Source: a virus
Length of the DNA stretch: 64,000 nucleotides
Reading direction: 5' to 3' (one strand)
Virus record (IMG/VR): IMGVR_UViG_3300032213_001988
Location: 32,001-96,000 of that record
The notes below the pieces were generated by a model. It did not search any database, was not told the origin of the DNA, and saw only the letters and a program-made list of their open reading frames with translations. Positions 1 through 9,665 of this stretch are shown here, in pieces. Each line of letters opens with the position of its first letter. Position 1 is the stretch's first letter. Position numbers and translations under genes: made by a program.

Positions 1-950
<950 letters not shown>

Positions 951-954
<4 letters not shown>

Positions 955-1190
955 TAATGGAAACCGTAGGAAACTGGCAGTGGCACGCTGAGGAAAGCGA
1001 AAATGCTCCTCTACTTAACCTAACAATTAGAAGTATCTCAGACAACAAGACGATTCGTATCTCTGACGTCGTTTGGGCAACCGGCCGCGAGGACTTTCTT
1101 GAAGGTGTCTACAACACCGCAGTTGAGACCTTAGATGGAGCAGATCACTGTTGCTATGAAGGAAAGGTCACTTTAGTACCTAATACGTGA
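951..1190 (+). CDS. Hypothetical protein, 79 aa
   Basis: ATGA overlap with upstream stop; fills gap in + strand operon. Confidence 0.7.
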
Positions 1191-1230
1191 TAAGATAACT
1201 GCGTAGCGACGAACAACAGGGAGAGAAAAA

Positions 1231-2307
1231 ATGAAGGTAGCTATCTACACAATCGCGCTTAATGAACTTCAATTTGTACAGCCTTGGTATGACTCCGCAA
1301 AGGAGGCAGACTACCTTCTAATAGCGGACACAGGTTCAACTGATGGCACAATCGAGGCAGCGCAGAAGCTAGGAATTAACGTAATAAACGTTCTTGTAAA
1401 GCCTTGGCGTTTTGATATGGGCCGCAATGCGTCTCTTGCAGCGTTACCAGCTGATATTGACTACTGCATCGCACTTGACATGGACGAGGTACTTTTACCA
1501 GGTTGGCGTGAAGAGCTTGAAAAAGCGCACGCAGAAGGTTGGACTCGTCCACGCTACGAGTACACATGGTCATGGAACGAAGATGGGACACCTGGTCTGG
1601 TCTACGGCGGAGATAAGATTCATAAGCGTTTTGGATATCGCTGGAAGCATCCCGTTCATGAGGTCTTGATGACATACGGAGATACTCACGAAACACAGGG
1701 CTGGACAGGATTAAAGATTCATCACCACGCAGACAACACTAAGCCACGTAGTCAGTATCTTCCACTGTTAAAGTTTGCAGTTGAGGAAGACCTAAGTGAT
1801 GACCGCAACGCATTTTACTACGCACGCGAGCTATATTTTTACGGACGTAACGAGGAAGCTGCAGTTGAGTTTAAGCGTCACCTTGCACTACCTCGCGCAA
1901 CATGGCCGCCAGAGCGTGCTGCGTCAATGCGCTATCTTTCAAAGATTGAAACTGATAAGACAGAGTACTGGGCAAACCGTGCAGTTGAAGAAGCGCCTGG
2001 TCGCCGCGAGCCACTAGTGGATCTATCAAAGTACTATTACGAAACATCAAATTGGACAAAGTGCCTTGATTACGCGCAGGCTGCACTAGATATTAAGGAG
2101 CGTCCTCTTGAGTATCTTTGTGAAGACGAGGCTTGGGGATACACTCCACATGACATGCTTTCAATAGCAGCATATCATCTAGGAAAGTTTGATCTTGCTG
2201 CAGAGCACGGAAATCTAGCTCTTCAGTTAGCTCCAGCAGGTGAAAAGTCTAGGATTTCTTCAAATCTTTCTTTTTACGTTTCTTCTCTAGACGCTCCTTC
2301 TTCTTAG
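1231..2307 (+). CDS. Family 2 glycosyltransferase with TPR-like C-terminus
   Basis: ADTGSTDGT, RN-x-L and LDMDE (DxD) motifs, WKHPVHE; helical C-terminal half; GGGAG RBS. Confidence 0.85.
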   Translation: MKVAIYTIALNELQFVQPWYDSAKEADYLLIADTGSTDGTIEAAQKLGINVINVLVKPWRFDMGRNASLAALPADIDYCIALDMDEVLLPGWREELEKAHAEGWTRPRYEYTWSWNEDGTPGLVYGGDKIHKRFGYRWKHPVHEVLMTYGDTHETQGWTGLKIHHHADNTKPRSQYLPLLKFAVEEDLSDDRNAFYYARELYFYGRNEEAAVEFKRHLALPRATWPPERAASMRYLSKIETDKTEYWANRAVEEAPGRREPLVDLSKYYYETSNWTKCLDYAQAALDIKERPLEYLCEDEAWGYTPHDMLSIAAYHLGKFDLAAEHGNLALQLAPAGEKSRISSNLSFYVSSLDAPSS

Positions 2308-2788
2308 CCTTTTCACGAGCTTGGCGTTCTAGCTTTTCGTTACGCTCAACGTGATATGCATCTACCGCGTTTGCACTTGTTCGTGAGCGCCAGGTAAAAT
2401 CACAGGCAGTGCAGTGAACTAATCTCATTGTTGCCCAGCGTCCACCGTTAGGCGTATCAACAACTAGTGTTTCTAGCTTATTAGGACGAGCTGTGCAATG
2501 AGGACATTGAGGGTATCGTTGACGACGGGATTCCTGACCGTTCCATGAAACGCTAAGCGCACGACGTATTTCACCTTCATCTTTTCCTCCCCAGATTCCC
2601 CAGATCTGCCGATGCTCTAGTGCCCACTTTAAACAGTCCTGTCGTGCAGGACACAAAAAGCAAAGGTTCTTTGCCTGGTACTTTTCAGTAGGCTCAGTTG
2701 AAAAGAAGTAATCACGAAGTTTCTCATTCTGCGGCAGTGCGCAAATCGCTTCTTTTTGCCAACTTAGATCTGTGGTTGCTCTGCTCAA
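2249..2788 (-). CDS. whiB: WhiB-family Fe-S transcription factor with C-terminal Zn-ribbon-like extension
   Basis: W..AIC...FF...AKNLCFLCPARQDC..WAL...WGIWGG; then CPHC...CTAC. Confidence 0.9.
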   Translation of the reverse strand: MSRATTDLSWQKEAICALPQNEKLRDYFFSTEPTEKYQAKNLCFLCPARQDCLKWALEHRQIWGIWGGKDEGEIRRALSVSWNGQESRRQRYPQCPHCTARPNKLETLVVDTPNGGRWATMRLVHCTACDFTWRSRTSANAVDAYHVERNEKLERQAREKAKKKERLEKKRKKKDLKKS

Positions 2789-2789
2789 C

Positions 2790-3128
2790 TTACTGTAGCT
2801 CCACCCAGGTTGTTAAGATTGCGTAGTCTAGAAGATCTCCTTGTGGAGTTTCTCTATCTTCATCACAGACTGTCAAGTCTCTTTCGCCCGGGAGGTAGCC
2901 ACAGTAGCCTTGCGTCACTGTTGCAGTGTCGATTGATCCGTATCCGTTACCTAATGAAAATACTAAACCTTCGCGTTGAATTGCAGATGCAAGCGCACGA
3001 CGGACAACCTCATTTTCGATATCTACGTGCGCATCAGTGTAGAATATGTACGCAGCGTCGGTTTTAGGCTCGTAGCCCTCACCTTCCCATATAGACCATA
3101 AGGACTGGCCTGCTCTTGAATCTCGCAT
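2790..3128 (-). CDS. Hypothetical protein, probably leaderless
   Basis: TACAAT lies 6 nt upstream of the ATG; coupled to whiB. Confidence 0.7.
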   Translation of the reverse strand: MRDSRAGQSLWSIWEGEGYEPKTDAAYIFYTDAHVDIENEVVRRALASAIQREGLVFSLGNGYGSIDTATVTQGYCGYLPGERDLTVCDEDRETPQGDLLDYAILTTWVELQ

Positions 3129-3211
3129 GTATACATTGTATCTTGAGTCTCGCTCGTTTGCGCAGGAAACACCGGTATTTTTTAGACGTGAAGATATATG
3201 GACCCAGGCGT

Positions 3212-3226
3212 GAAAGTGTCTCTAAT
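3212..3226. promoter_or_regulatory. 15-bp element GAAAGTGTCTCTAAT (exact copy at 28723-28737, variant at 54483-54495)
   Basis: Exact repeat seen by eye; two of the three sites are intergenic. Confidence 0.4.
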
Positions 3227-3243
3227 GACGACTGAGCGCCCTG

Positions 3244-3771
3244 CTATAGGTTGTTAAACGTGCCTAAGTATAGGTTGCCGTTAACGTCAGGCCATAGGTA
3301 CTGATAATGAGGAGGGCGATAGCCAGGGTCTTCTTCCCAGCCAAACTGGCTATACCAGCTGTAATCTTTGCGTAAAAGTGACACACGGTGCGTGGACGCA
3401 ACCTGTTCAAACTTATCTCTGTCTGCCATCCAGCCAGGAAAGACTAGCTCTGGAGAGATTAACTTGCGCTCAACTGCAATATCAAATGTGCCGTAGATCT
3501 TGCCAAGCATTGTAGACTTGTAGCCGCGCTTACGCCACTCGAAGTACGTCGCTGCAAGATAAGAGACTAGCACGGCTTCGTGTCCGCGCCACATGTGCGC
3601 AACAGGATGATTAACCCAACCTTTAGGGTCACGAAACTCGCCCGCAGGATTAAGCTTAGTTAAGGCTAGTAAACACTGCCAGCCTTCTAAGGTTTGCTTG
3701 TGAAGGCGCTTGTTATCAAGCTCAGCAGCAATGCGCTCGAACGAATCGGTCTGTTGCATAAACGTTTGCAT
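3244..3771 (-). CDS. Pyrimidine-dimer DNA glycosylase-like protein (MSMEG_6728 / endonuclease V-like)
   Basis: MQTF...LDNKRLHKQTLE...GWVNHP...MWRGHE...EWRKRGY. Confidence 0.75.
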   Translation of the reverse strand: MQTFMQQTDSFERIAAELDNKRLHKQTLEGWQCLLALTKLNPAGEFRDPKGWVNHPVAHMWRGHEAVLVSYLAATYFEWRKRGYKSTMLGKIYGTFDIAVERKLISPELVFPGWMADRDKFEQVASTHRVSLLRKDYSWYSQFGWEEDPGYRPPHYQYLWPDVNGNLYLGTFNNL

Positions 3772-3800
3772 GTTGTGCGTCCTTTGTCATTTGGTAGATA

Positions 3801-3812
3801 AATTATATCAGG
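3801..3812 (-). promoter_or_regulatory. Extended -10 promoter CCTGATATAATT
   Basis: TGnTATAAT; same core as the early-region copies. Confidence 0.75.
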
Positions 3813-4086
3813 TGCCCTTGCTATATGGGTCAGTATTGAGATCGTCTAGGTTAAGAGGATCAACGTCATACTGAACCTCATCTGCCTCCATGTTTGCGTA
3901 TATTCCTACTATAGTAATATCTCCACATGAGGCACAGACGTTAATCTCGCCTGTCTTTAGCTCATCTGGAACTGTCACCGCAGTTAGCTTAGATATTAAA
4001 CTTCCATCGTCTCCAACAGATTCTGGCTCCCACTGTGTGTTCTCTTCAAGATAACACTTCTCGCACTGCGGATAGGCTTTTGTCAT
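3808..4086 (-). CDS. Small Cys4 (Zn-binding) hypothetical protein
   Basis: CEKC...CASC; ATGA coupling to upstream gene. Confidence 0.7.
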   Translation of the reverse strand: MTKAYPQCEKCYLEENTQWEPESVGDDGSLISKLTAVTVPDELKTGEINVCASCGDITIVGIYANMEADEVQYDVDPLNLDDLNTDPYSKGT

Positions 4087-5318
4087 TCGTAGCGCTTCTT
4101 TGCTGCGTGCCTTGAGAAGCCCTTATCAGTGTCTATAAGCCATTCACGATCTCCGATTAGTTCACCCTGGGGTCCGTTAGGTTCCCCACTCAGAGAGGCA
4201 ACTACGGCATCTCCTAGCCACTTAGCAGCGTGCACTGGAACTGCCTTTCCCCACGTAGCTTGCATCGCAGAGTAGTCCTTAGCACCTTCAATGTCCCAAT
4301 CGTCTGGCAGACCTTGCATGCGTGCACACTCGCGGTGAGTAAGAAGTCGCGGTTCAGTTGGGTGAACAACATGATCTAACGCAGAGCCAGTAAGCACGTT
4401 ACACCAGTGATCTTCCTTCCAGCGATACGGCTGAGAAAACCCAAGTTTATACTGCTTGCGTACAACACGCGCAGATATGTCGACCCAACGTTGAGGAAAC
4501 TTGCCATCATTCATTTCAACGGCCTTCTTTATGGCTCCGCCAAGATCTCCGTTCCCTGGCCACCCGTCATTTCCAATGATGTCAAACACCTCTTGAATTC
4601 TCTGTGAGTGAATCGTGTCCTTGCCAATGTGCCCGTTTACCTTGCCGTTTTTTGAGCGCAAGGACTTAGTAAACTTAGAGTGTTTTTCAATGTAAGGCTG
4701 CGCCTCCCACTGTTGTGGAAGATGCGCAAGATCACCTATGATGTCCATGATCTTAGGGAATTCCTTAGGCTCTGTCACCTGCGCACCAAACTTTAATCCT
4801 TTGCGTACCGCAACCCAGAAGTAACGTGGTCGATACGAGAATCCACCAAGTTGAAGATTGTTTTGTTTTACGTGATATAAGTCGTATTTCTTACCAGAGA
4901 TCTCTTCTACCATAAGACGATACTTGTTCATCGTCTCTCTCCCTTGTGTATAGGCTTGCTGCACGCACTCAAACACAATAATCTTTGGCGCAACTCGCCC
5001 TGCGTATCTCATAAAGGCGCGCGTATGCTCGTGCGCTGCAGAATCAGGACCACGATTTGCAGGACCAGACCAGACTGACCAACCAGAGCATGGAGGACAG
5101 CCAACGACAGCATCAACCTTGTGAACTGGCCACTCGTTTGCGTCATCTGAGAAAAATGTGCTCCACTTATTGCCTAGATGATGACGATTAGCTTCTGCAA
5201 CTGCGTTGCCAAAGTTAAGTGTGCCCGTGCGATTTGTCATTTCCATTCCAGCCTGCACAAGGCCTAAGCTCATGAAACCTGCAAGCCCGTTGCAGTCAGT
5301 AAATGTTGGTGTAGTCAT
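4083..5318 (-). CDS. Divergent C5-cytosine DNA methyltransferase homolog (SAM motifs degenerate)
   Basis: Motif IV GCPPCSGWS, VI FECV, VIII YRPRYF, IX RLLTHRECARMQGLPD, X WGKAVP; motif I reads DCNGLAGFMSLG. Confidence 0.8.
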   Translation of the reverse strand: MTTPTFTDCNGLAGFMSLGLVQAGMEMTNRTGTLNFGNAVAEANRHHLGNKWSTFFSDDANEWPVHKVDAVVGCPPCSGWSVWSGPANRGPDSAAHEHTRAFMRYAGRVAPKIIVFECVQQAYTQGRETMNKYRLMVEEISGKKYDLYHVKQNNLQLGGFSYRPRYFWVAVRKGLKFGAQVTEPKEFPKIMDIIGDLAHLPQQWEAQPYIEKHSKFTKSLRSKNGKVNGHIGKDTIHSQRIQEVFDIIGNDGWPGNGDLGGAIKKAVEMNDGKFPQRWVDISARVVRKQYKLGFSQPYRWKEDHWCNVLTGSALDHVVHPTEPRLLTHRECARMQGLPDDWDIEGAKDYSAMQATWGKAVPVHAAKWLGDAVVASLSGEPNGPQGELIGDREWLIDTDKGFSRHAAKKRYE

Positions 5319-5368
5319 AAAGTATCTCCCGTAGTAGCCACGGAAGGACTGTATACTGGCTTTTAAGC

Positions 5369-5692
5369 TTAAGGCTGCTCTAGGGGAGCAGTTTTATTGC
5401 TTTTTTCAGCCTCAAGTTGTCCTACCTCGTATCCACACCCAGCGTAGCCTGCAATATCAATCCAAGTATCAGGCTGAAAACCAGACTTTGACCCATAGCG
5501 AGCAAGTTTAAGCCCTACCATCATCATTGCAACGTCTTCGCGTGTAAAGTTGTAGTTAGTGATAACACTCCACACCTTTGCGATACGTTCAAAGTTCTCT
5601 TCTGGTCCTCCGTATTGAACGTCACGCTCGCCGGCAATAATTCTTGCCGCCTCGCGTAACGCCTCAACACGTGGTTTATTTTCCTGGCTCAT
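5369..5692 (-). CDS. DUF6378-like all-alpha nucleotide-modification-associated protein
   Basis: EAARIIAGERDVQYGGPEENFERIA..W...DVAMMM..LKLAR...DTWIDIAGYA. Confidence 0.75.
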   Translation of the reverse strand: MSQENKPRVEALREAARIIAGERDVQYGGPEENFERIAKVWSVITNYNFTREDVAMMMVGLKLARYGSKSGFQPDTWIDIAGYAGCGYEVGQLEAEKSNKTAPLEQP

Positions 5693-5694
5693 CG

Positions 5695-5904
5695 CTAAAC
5701 TCTCACCTTGACTTTACAGTCTGCTGAAAACGTTAAGTCCATTGGTCCTTCTTCTCCACAGAAAATAAACATTTCTATGTCAATTTTTTCTTTTATAGAA
5801 TCGTAATCTTCTACTTTAAAATAAGAACATATTCTTTCTATAAGCTTTCCTTCAATTTGTTCTTTTGTTTTTCCAATAATCTGAAAAGTTATGGTTGCTC
5901 TCAT
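5695..5904 (-). CDS. AT-rich hypothetical protein, 69 aa
   Basis: Coupled to neighbours; about 22% GC over 5761-5880 (hand count). Confidence 0.55.
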   Translation of the reverse strand: MRATITFQIIGKTKEQIEGKLIERICSYFKVEDYDSIKEKIDIEMFIFCGEEGPMDLTFSADCKVKVRV

Positions 5905-6323
5905 TATTTGATCCTTCTTTCTAACTTGTATGGTGAATAGTGAACTCCGTCAAGAAAAGGCTTCTTGTCGTCGTTTGAGCGAATAATAATATCTCCGCTT
6001 CTTATTGCAACTACTATACCTCTCCGTCCGTTGTGCATTGCGCCCGTTGAGTCGCTGAAGGCGTCGTTCATTACGCGCACCTCTTCACCGACTGTTAAGA
6101 AACCCGCCTGAGCAGGTACCCAAACCTCGTCCTTTGGTGGATCAACAAGCGAGTGGTTAAGCGCAAGTTTGCTAAATACCTCAACGGCAGACTTTGCATG
6201 CTCTGGTTTTAGCTCAAGCGCCTTCCATGTGTCTAGTAGCTCAAGAACAGCCTTGCCAACAACAACACGAACTTTTGCTGAGACAAACTGTTCTCTTGCC
6301 CATTCCTCATTTATATCTGGCAT
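5904..6323 (-). CDS. Hypothetical protein with SH3/KOW-like C-terminus
   Basis: GGAG RBS; VGEEVRV...NGRRGIVVAIRSGDIII. Confidence 0.7.
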   Translation of the reverse strand: MPDINEEWAREQFVSAKVRVVVGKAVLELLDTWKALELKPEHAKSAVEVFSKLALNHSLVDPPKDEVWVPAQAGFLTVGEEVRVMNDAFSDSTGAMHNGRRGIVVAIRSGDIIIRSNDDKKPFLDGVHYSPYKLERRIK

Positions 6324-6324
6324 T

Positions 6325-6795
6325 TTACCCCTCCACTACTGGTCTGCACTTTGCGCAGACGTCTGGCGTCTTGCCAACGCCAACATCGTCAATTGCCCTT
6401 GAGCACATCGCGCACTTGACGCCGATGTCCTTTACCTTATATCCATTTAACTGACGCTGCTTATTCTTTTCCATCTTTTCAAGATAGAACTTGTTAAGCT
6501 GCTCGTCTGTTCCTCCCGCCGCAACGATGATGTTTGCAACAAAGTGTAGAACGTCAACAGCTTCCTTAACAATCTCTTCGCGGTCTGCGTAAGGCTTATC
6601 GTGCTGCCAAGGCTTCCACGAAATTGCCTGCCGCATCTCTGCAAGCTCATCGTCGATGGCTAACATGTTCCAGCGCATGTACTCAACAAGACGGCGGATA
6701 TTCGCGTCCTTGTCGCCTTCCATCTCTTCGTAGTTAATGTAGTAGACGTCCTTCTGCAGGTCGCGTGTCTTCTTTAGCCAGCTATCAAACAGCAT
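6325..6795 (-). CDS. All-alpha dimeric dUTPase/dCTPase (T4 gp56-like) with C-terminal Cys4
   Basis: DELAEM...WKPW...KEAVDVLHF...Y.EKMEKNKQRQ..GY; CAMC...CAKC. Confidence 0.8.
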   Translation of the reverse strand: MLFDSWLKKTRDLQKDVYYINYEEMEGDKDANIRRLVEYMRWNMLAIDDELAEMRQAISWKPWQHDKPYADREEIVKEAVDVLHFVANIIVAAGGTDEQLNKFYLEKMEKNKQRQLNGYKVKDIGVKCAMCSRAIDDVGVGKTPDVCAKCRPVVEG

Positions 6796-7804
6796 ATACT
6801 GCTCCTTTTATGTTAAGTGTTCTTTCTAAGTTGTGCAGTGCTTCTTCCTTGCCCGGTGAGTTAGCTAAGTAGGCGCTACTCTGAGTTCTTGACAGATCGT
6901 ATCTTTCCTGTGGTGTCATATCCTCAATCGTTGCTGCAAGGTACCTCCAAGAATTGCCAATTGCAGACGTGCTTGTCCAAAGTGACGCGATTGGCGTTGC
7001 AGTGTTCATTGCTTGGATATAACGATACGTCCACCAGGTTCTATCCTTGTGCGGGGATATAAGTGCACCAATAGACTGCCTGATCTGTTCTTCAACCTGT
7101 GAGTCAGTCCAGCCCTTGTTCCACTTCATTGGCATGGCCGGATAGTTTAAGGTTGAAAGCTTTTTCTTTGTCCACGGTGAATCATGACTATCTGCTACCC
7201 ATCGCGCAGTTCTATCTGTTACACCCTGCGTGTTTTTCTCGACGATATACGCATCAAGGTTTACTCCGTGCAGTGATGCAGCAGCTCCTTCAGGCAGTTG
7301 GTCACTGGCGCTTTGTTTTGTGTCCCAAGGAAGAACAGGGCACAATGTAGTTGGCCATGTTTCATTTAGTAGAAACTCAACAACGGCAAGCATCTCATTT
7401 GATCTTGCAACCGCAAGACGGTATCCCTTGCGGTTCTTGTAGAACTCCTTTGTAAGGTTTCCGTTCCAGGTGCTGATTGATGTCAAACTCGATCTAATCT
7501 GCACAGGATTAGGCGCGTCAATAAAAAACCTAAGCTTATCTGTACCCTTAAGCAGATCAATAAGGTGTAGTGCTCCATACGCGTAGTTTGCGCTTAAACT
7601 TGTTAACGGAGAGATGCCAACAAGAACTGAGTCGTAGTAGTCCAGGTGTTGAGCTTCCCACGTAATATCTGGCTCAAGCATCACGACTTGATGCCCTGCG
7701 TCAGTAAGAACCTTGTCAACAAGACCTGCAAAAGATAGCGAGCGCTTGTTTGCACTGGTTGATACCTGTGGCGCAGACATACCTGTAATAAGAACGCGAC
7801 TCAT
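6785..7804 (-). CDS. GT-B glycosyltransferase, T4 beta-glucosyltransferase-like (paralog 2)
   Basis: VLITG..LTDAGHQV..YDSVLVGISPL..FFID; VEEQIRQSIGALISP..WWTYRYIQAM. Confidence 0.6.
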   Translation of the reverse strand: MSRVLITGMSAPQVSTSANKRSLSFAGLVDKVLTDAGHQVVMLEPDITWEAQHLDYYDSVLVGISPLTSLSANYAYGALHLIDLLKGTDKLRFFIDAPNPVQIRSSLTSISTWNGNLTKEFYKNRKGYRLAVARSNEMLAVVEFLLNETWPTTLCPVLPWDTKQSASDQLPEGAAASLHGVNLDAYIVEKNTQGVTDRTARWVADSHDSPWTKKKLSTLNYPAMPMKWNKGWTDSQVEEQIRQSIGALISPHKDRTWWTYRYIQAMNTATPIASLWTSTSAIGNSWRYLAATIEDMTPQERYDLSRTQSSAYLANSPGKEEALHNLERTLNIKGAVYAV

Positions 7805-9006
7805 GCATCGGTACCGTCTGCGTTTAACTTAACGCCCTTGTCCTCGCGTAGTGCGCGCGCAATGATGCGTTCACAGTGATCCTTAAACTGGTCATACGTT
7901 CCGATGTAAGGGCGTAACGCGTCAGCCTGTGCCTTTGCTGCTGCAACTAGCTCTGTATCTGACATCTTTTCAACGTCTGCGATGGTTAACTTATAGGCAT
8001 CACCTAACGGATCACCTTCGCCTTTATCGGTAACGAGAATAGATCCAATGTGCGCTGCGTAGAGGAAGCGCGAACGCCACCAACCTGAACCTGCGTGTGG
8101 ATACGGTGGAGAAAGAATTCCCCAACGAGTGTTGTAATACTCAAGTACTTCCTGCTCTGTATCAAGACGCTTTCCACCAAGCTTACGAATAAGTTTACGA
8201 CTACCAATAATTTCAACAGCCCAGTCTGGTTTCTTACGACCTAGCCATTCATCGTGTGGCATTAGTGCGCCAAGCACCCACGCACGATTCTTTTCTGTCG
8301 ATGGAGTTACAGCTGCGAGCGTATCGTTAACCACTACACTAGGGTCCAGTGCCTCAATGGGACCGACTTCTTTTGGCATACGTTTACGAACACCGGTGCG
8401 GTCACCCCACGCATACATCGGACAAACTGGAACCATACCAGCTTCCCAGCGGCGGTCAATCATGTCTGTTGCTGCCTGCACAAGACGTTTTTCGTAAGGC
8501 TGAACGTTTTCGTCTGTGTCCATCATGTAGTAACGTTCAATGTAGCATTTCTTCGCCGCAACTGGATCTAATACACGAACACGTTCTAACGCTGCCTCGA
8601 TATCTGCGCGACTAAAGTAGGTTGCGCCTTCTTCACCGCGATGCTCTGTTCCAACAAGCAGATGCTTATAGAGCATTGAAGGCTTTTTCATCATAGCGCG
8701 AGCGCCATTGAACACAGTATTAAACTGCCAATCATCAAAAAATCCAACCGCAGGCAAGCCTGAGGATAAAGTATAGAGAGCGCCCATAGCGCCTTGTCGT
8801 CCATTTAGCGAGTTCAACGGAGCAAGGTTAACCCAAGCAACATCGTATGAGGACAAATCCTCGCCAGGCGTTACCTTACGCCAGTCAACTTCATGACCTA
8901 AATCTGTTAATGCCTTTACAATTAACGCAGGCACATCAATCTTTTGTATTGTGCGTCGTTCTGTGTTAATCTGTAACGCAGTAAAACCAGTCATCAAGAT
9001 TTTCAT
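7801..9006 (-). CDS. GT-B glycosyltransferase, T4 beta-glucosyltransferase-like (paralog 1)
   Basis: MKILMTG..LTDLGHEV..YDVAWVNLAPLN..FFDDW; WGILSPPY..WWRSRF..LVTD; AAGGAG RBS. Confidence 0.65.
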   Translation of the reverse strand: MKILMTGFTALQINTERRTIQKIDVPALIVKALTDLGHEVDWRKVTPGEDLSSYDVAWVNLAPLNSLNGRQGAMGALYTLSSGLPAVGFFDDWQFNTVFNGARAMMKKPSMLYKHLLVGTEHRGEEGATYFSRADIEAALERVRVLDPVAAKKCYIERYYMMDTDENVQPYEKRLVQAATDMIDRRWEAGMVPVCPMYAWGDRTGVRKRMPKEVGPIEALDPSVVVNDTLAAVTPSTEKNRAWVLGALMPHDEWLGRKKPDWAVEIIGSRKLIRKLGGKRLDTEQEVLEYYNTRWGILSPPYPHAGSGWWRSRFLYAAHIGSILVTDKGEGDPLGDAYKLTIADVEKMSDTELVAAAKAQADALRPYIGTYDQFKDHCERIIARALREDKGVKLNADGTDA

Positions 9007-9030
9007 ACTACTCCTTAAATAATTGCTGGA

Positions 9031-9060
9031 TCATTACCCATGCTTGTGCATGGGTAATGA
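9031..9060. terminator. Perfect 13-bp hairpin between ssb-like gene and glycosyltransferase operon
   Basis: tcattacccatgc-ttgt-gcatgggtaatga; no U-tract on the minus strand. Confidence 0.55.
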
Positions 9061-9076
9061 TACCAGACAATCGTTG

Positions 9077-9631
9077 TTAGAACGGTGCAGCAGGTGGTGC
9101 AGCAGGCGCTGGAACTGATGCAGCAGCGGCAGGCGCTGGTGCAGGAGCAGGCGCAGCGGCAGGCGCTGGTGCAGGGGCAGGTGCAGGCGCAGCTGCCACT
9201 ACAGGTGCAGCAGCTGATGCTGTTGCAGTGTAGTACATCTTGATTTCGTTCTTCTTAGAGCCGTTCCACGTGCGAGAACCAATCTGCGCGCGGAAGGCAC
9301 GATTTTGCAGTGCTGCCTCAATAGCAGCGTTGCTTGGTGAAGTTGCGAAGTACTCACGGCCAAGGCCTAGAGCTGCCATCTTACGGAAGAACATTCCGAG
9401 TGCTGCAGGACTGTCTGGTGTAACAACAAGGTTATCCCAAACACGACGCTTAGCGTGCGCGCCACCTGTAACTTGCGCTGTTATCGCAAACATTGTCTTA
9501 CCAGATTGTGCAACCTTTGCAGTTGCTTCAATTACGATTAAATCGTAGTCTCCATCGGGAAGCGGCTCAAAATTACCACCACCGACATCTCCAGCGTCCT
9601 TTACAAGGTCGCCCCAGTTGAGTGAACTCAC
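9077..9631 (-). CDS. ssDNA-binding protein (DUF669-like)
   Basis: FEPLPDGDY..I..A...SGKTM..GAHAKRRVWDNL; Pro/Ala tail ending PF. Confidence 0.8.
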   Translation of the reverse strand: MSSLNWGDLVKDAGDVGGGNFEPLPDGDYDLIVIEATAKVAQSGKTMFAITAQVTGGAHAKRRVWDNLVVTPDSPAALGMFFRKMAALGLGREYFATSPSNAAIEAALQNRAFRAQIGSRTWNGSKKNEIKMYYTATASAAAPVVAAAPAPAPAPAPAAAPAPAPAPAAAASVPAPAAPPAAPF

Positions 9632-9665
9632 GGTTATCCTTTCAATAGTGCGCTAACCAATTTGG

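Noticed and set aside
4083-9006. TET/JBP-dependent methyl-then-oxidise pathway
   Set aside because: No 2OG-Fe(II) dioxygenase motif recognised in the window; it could lie outside
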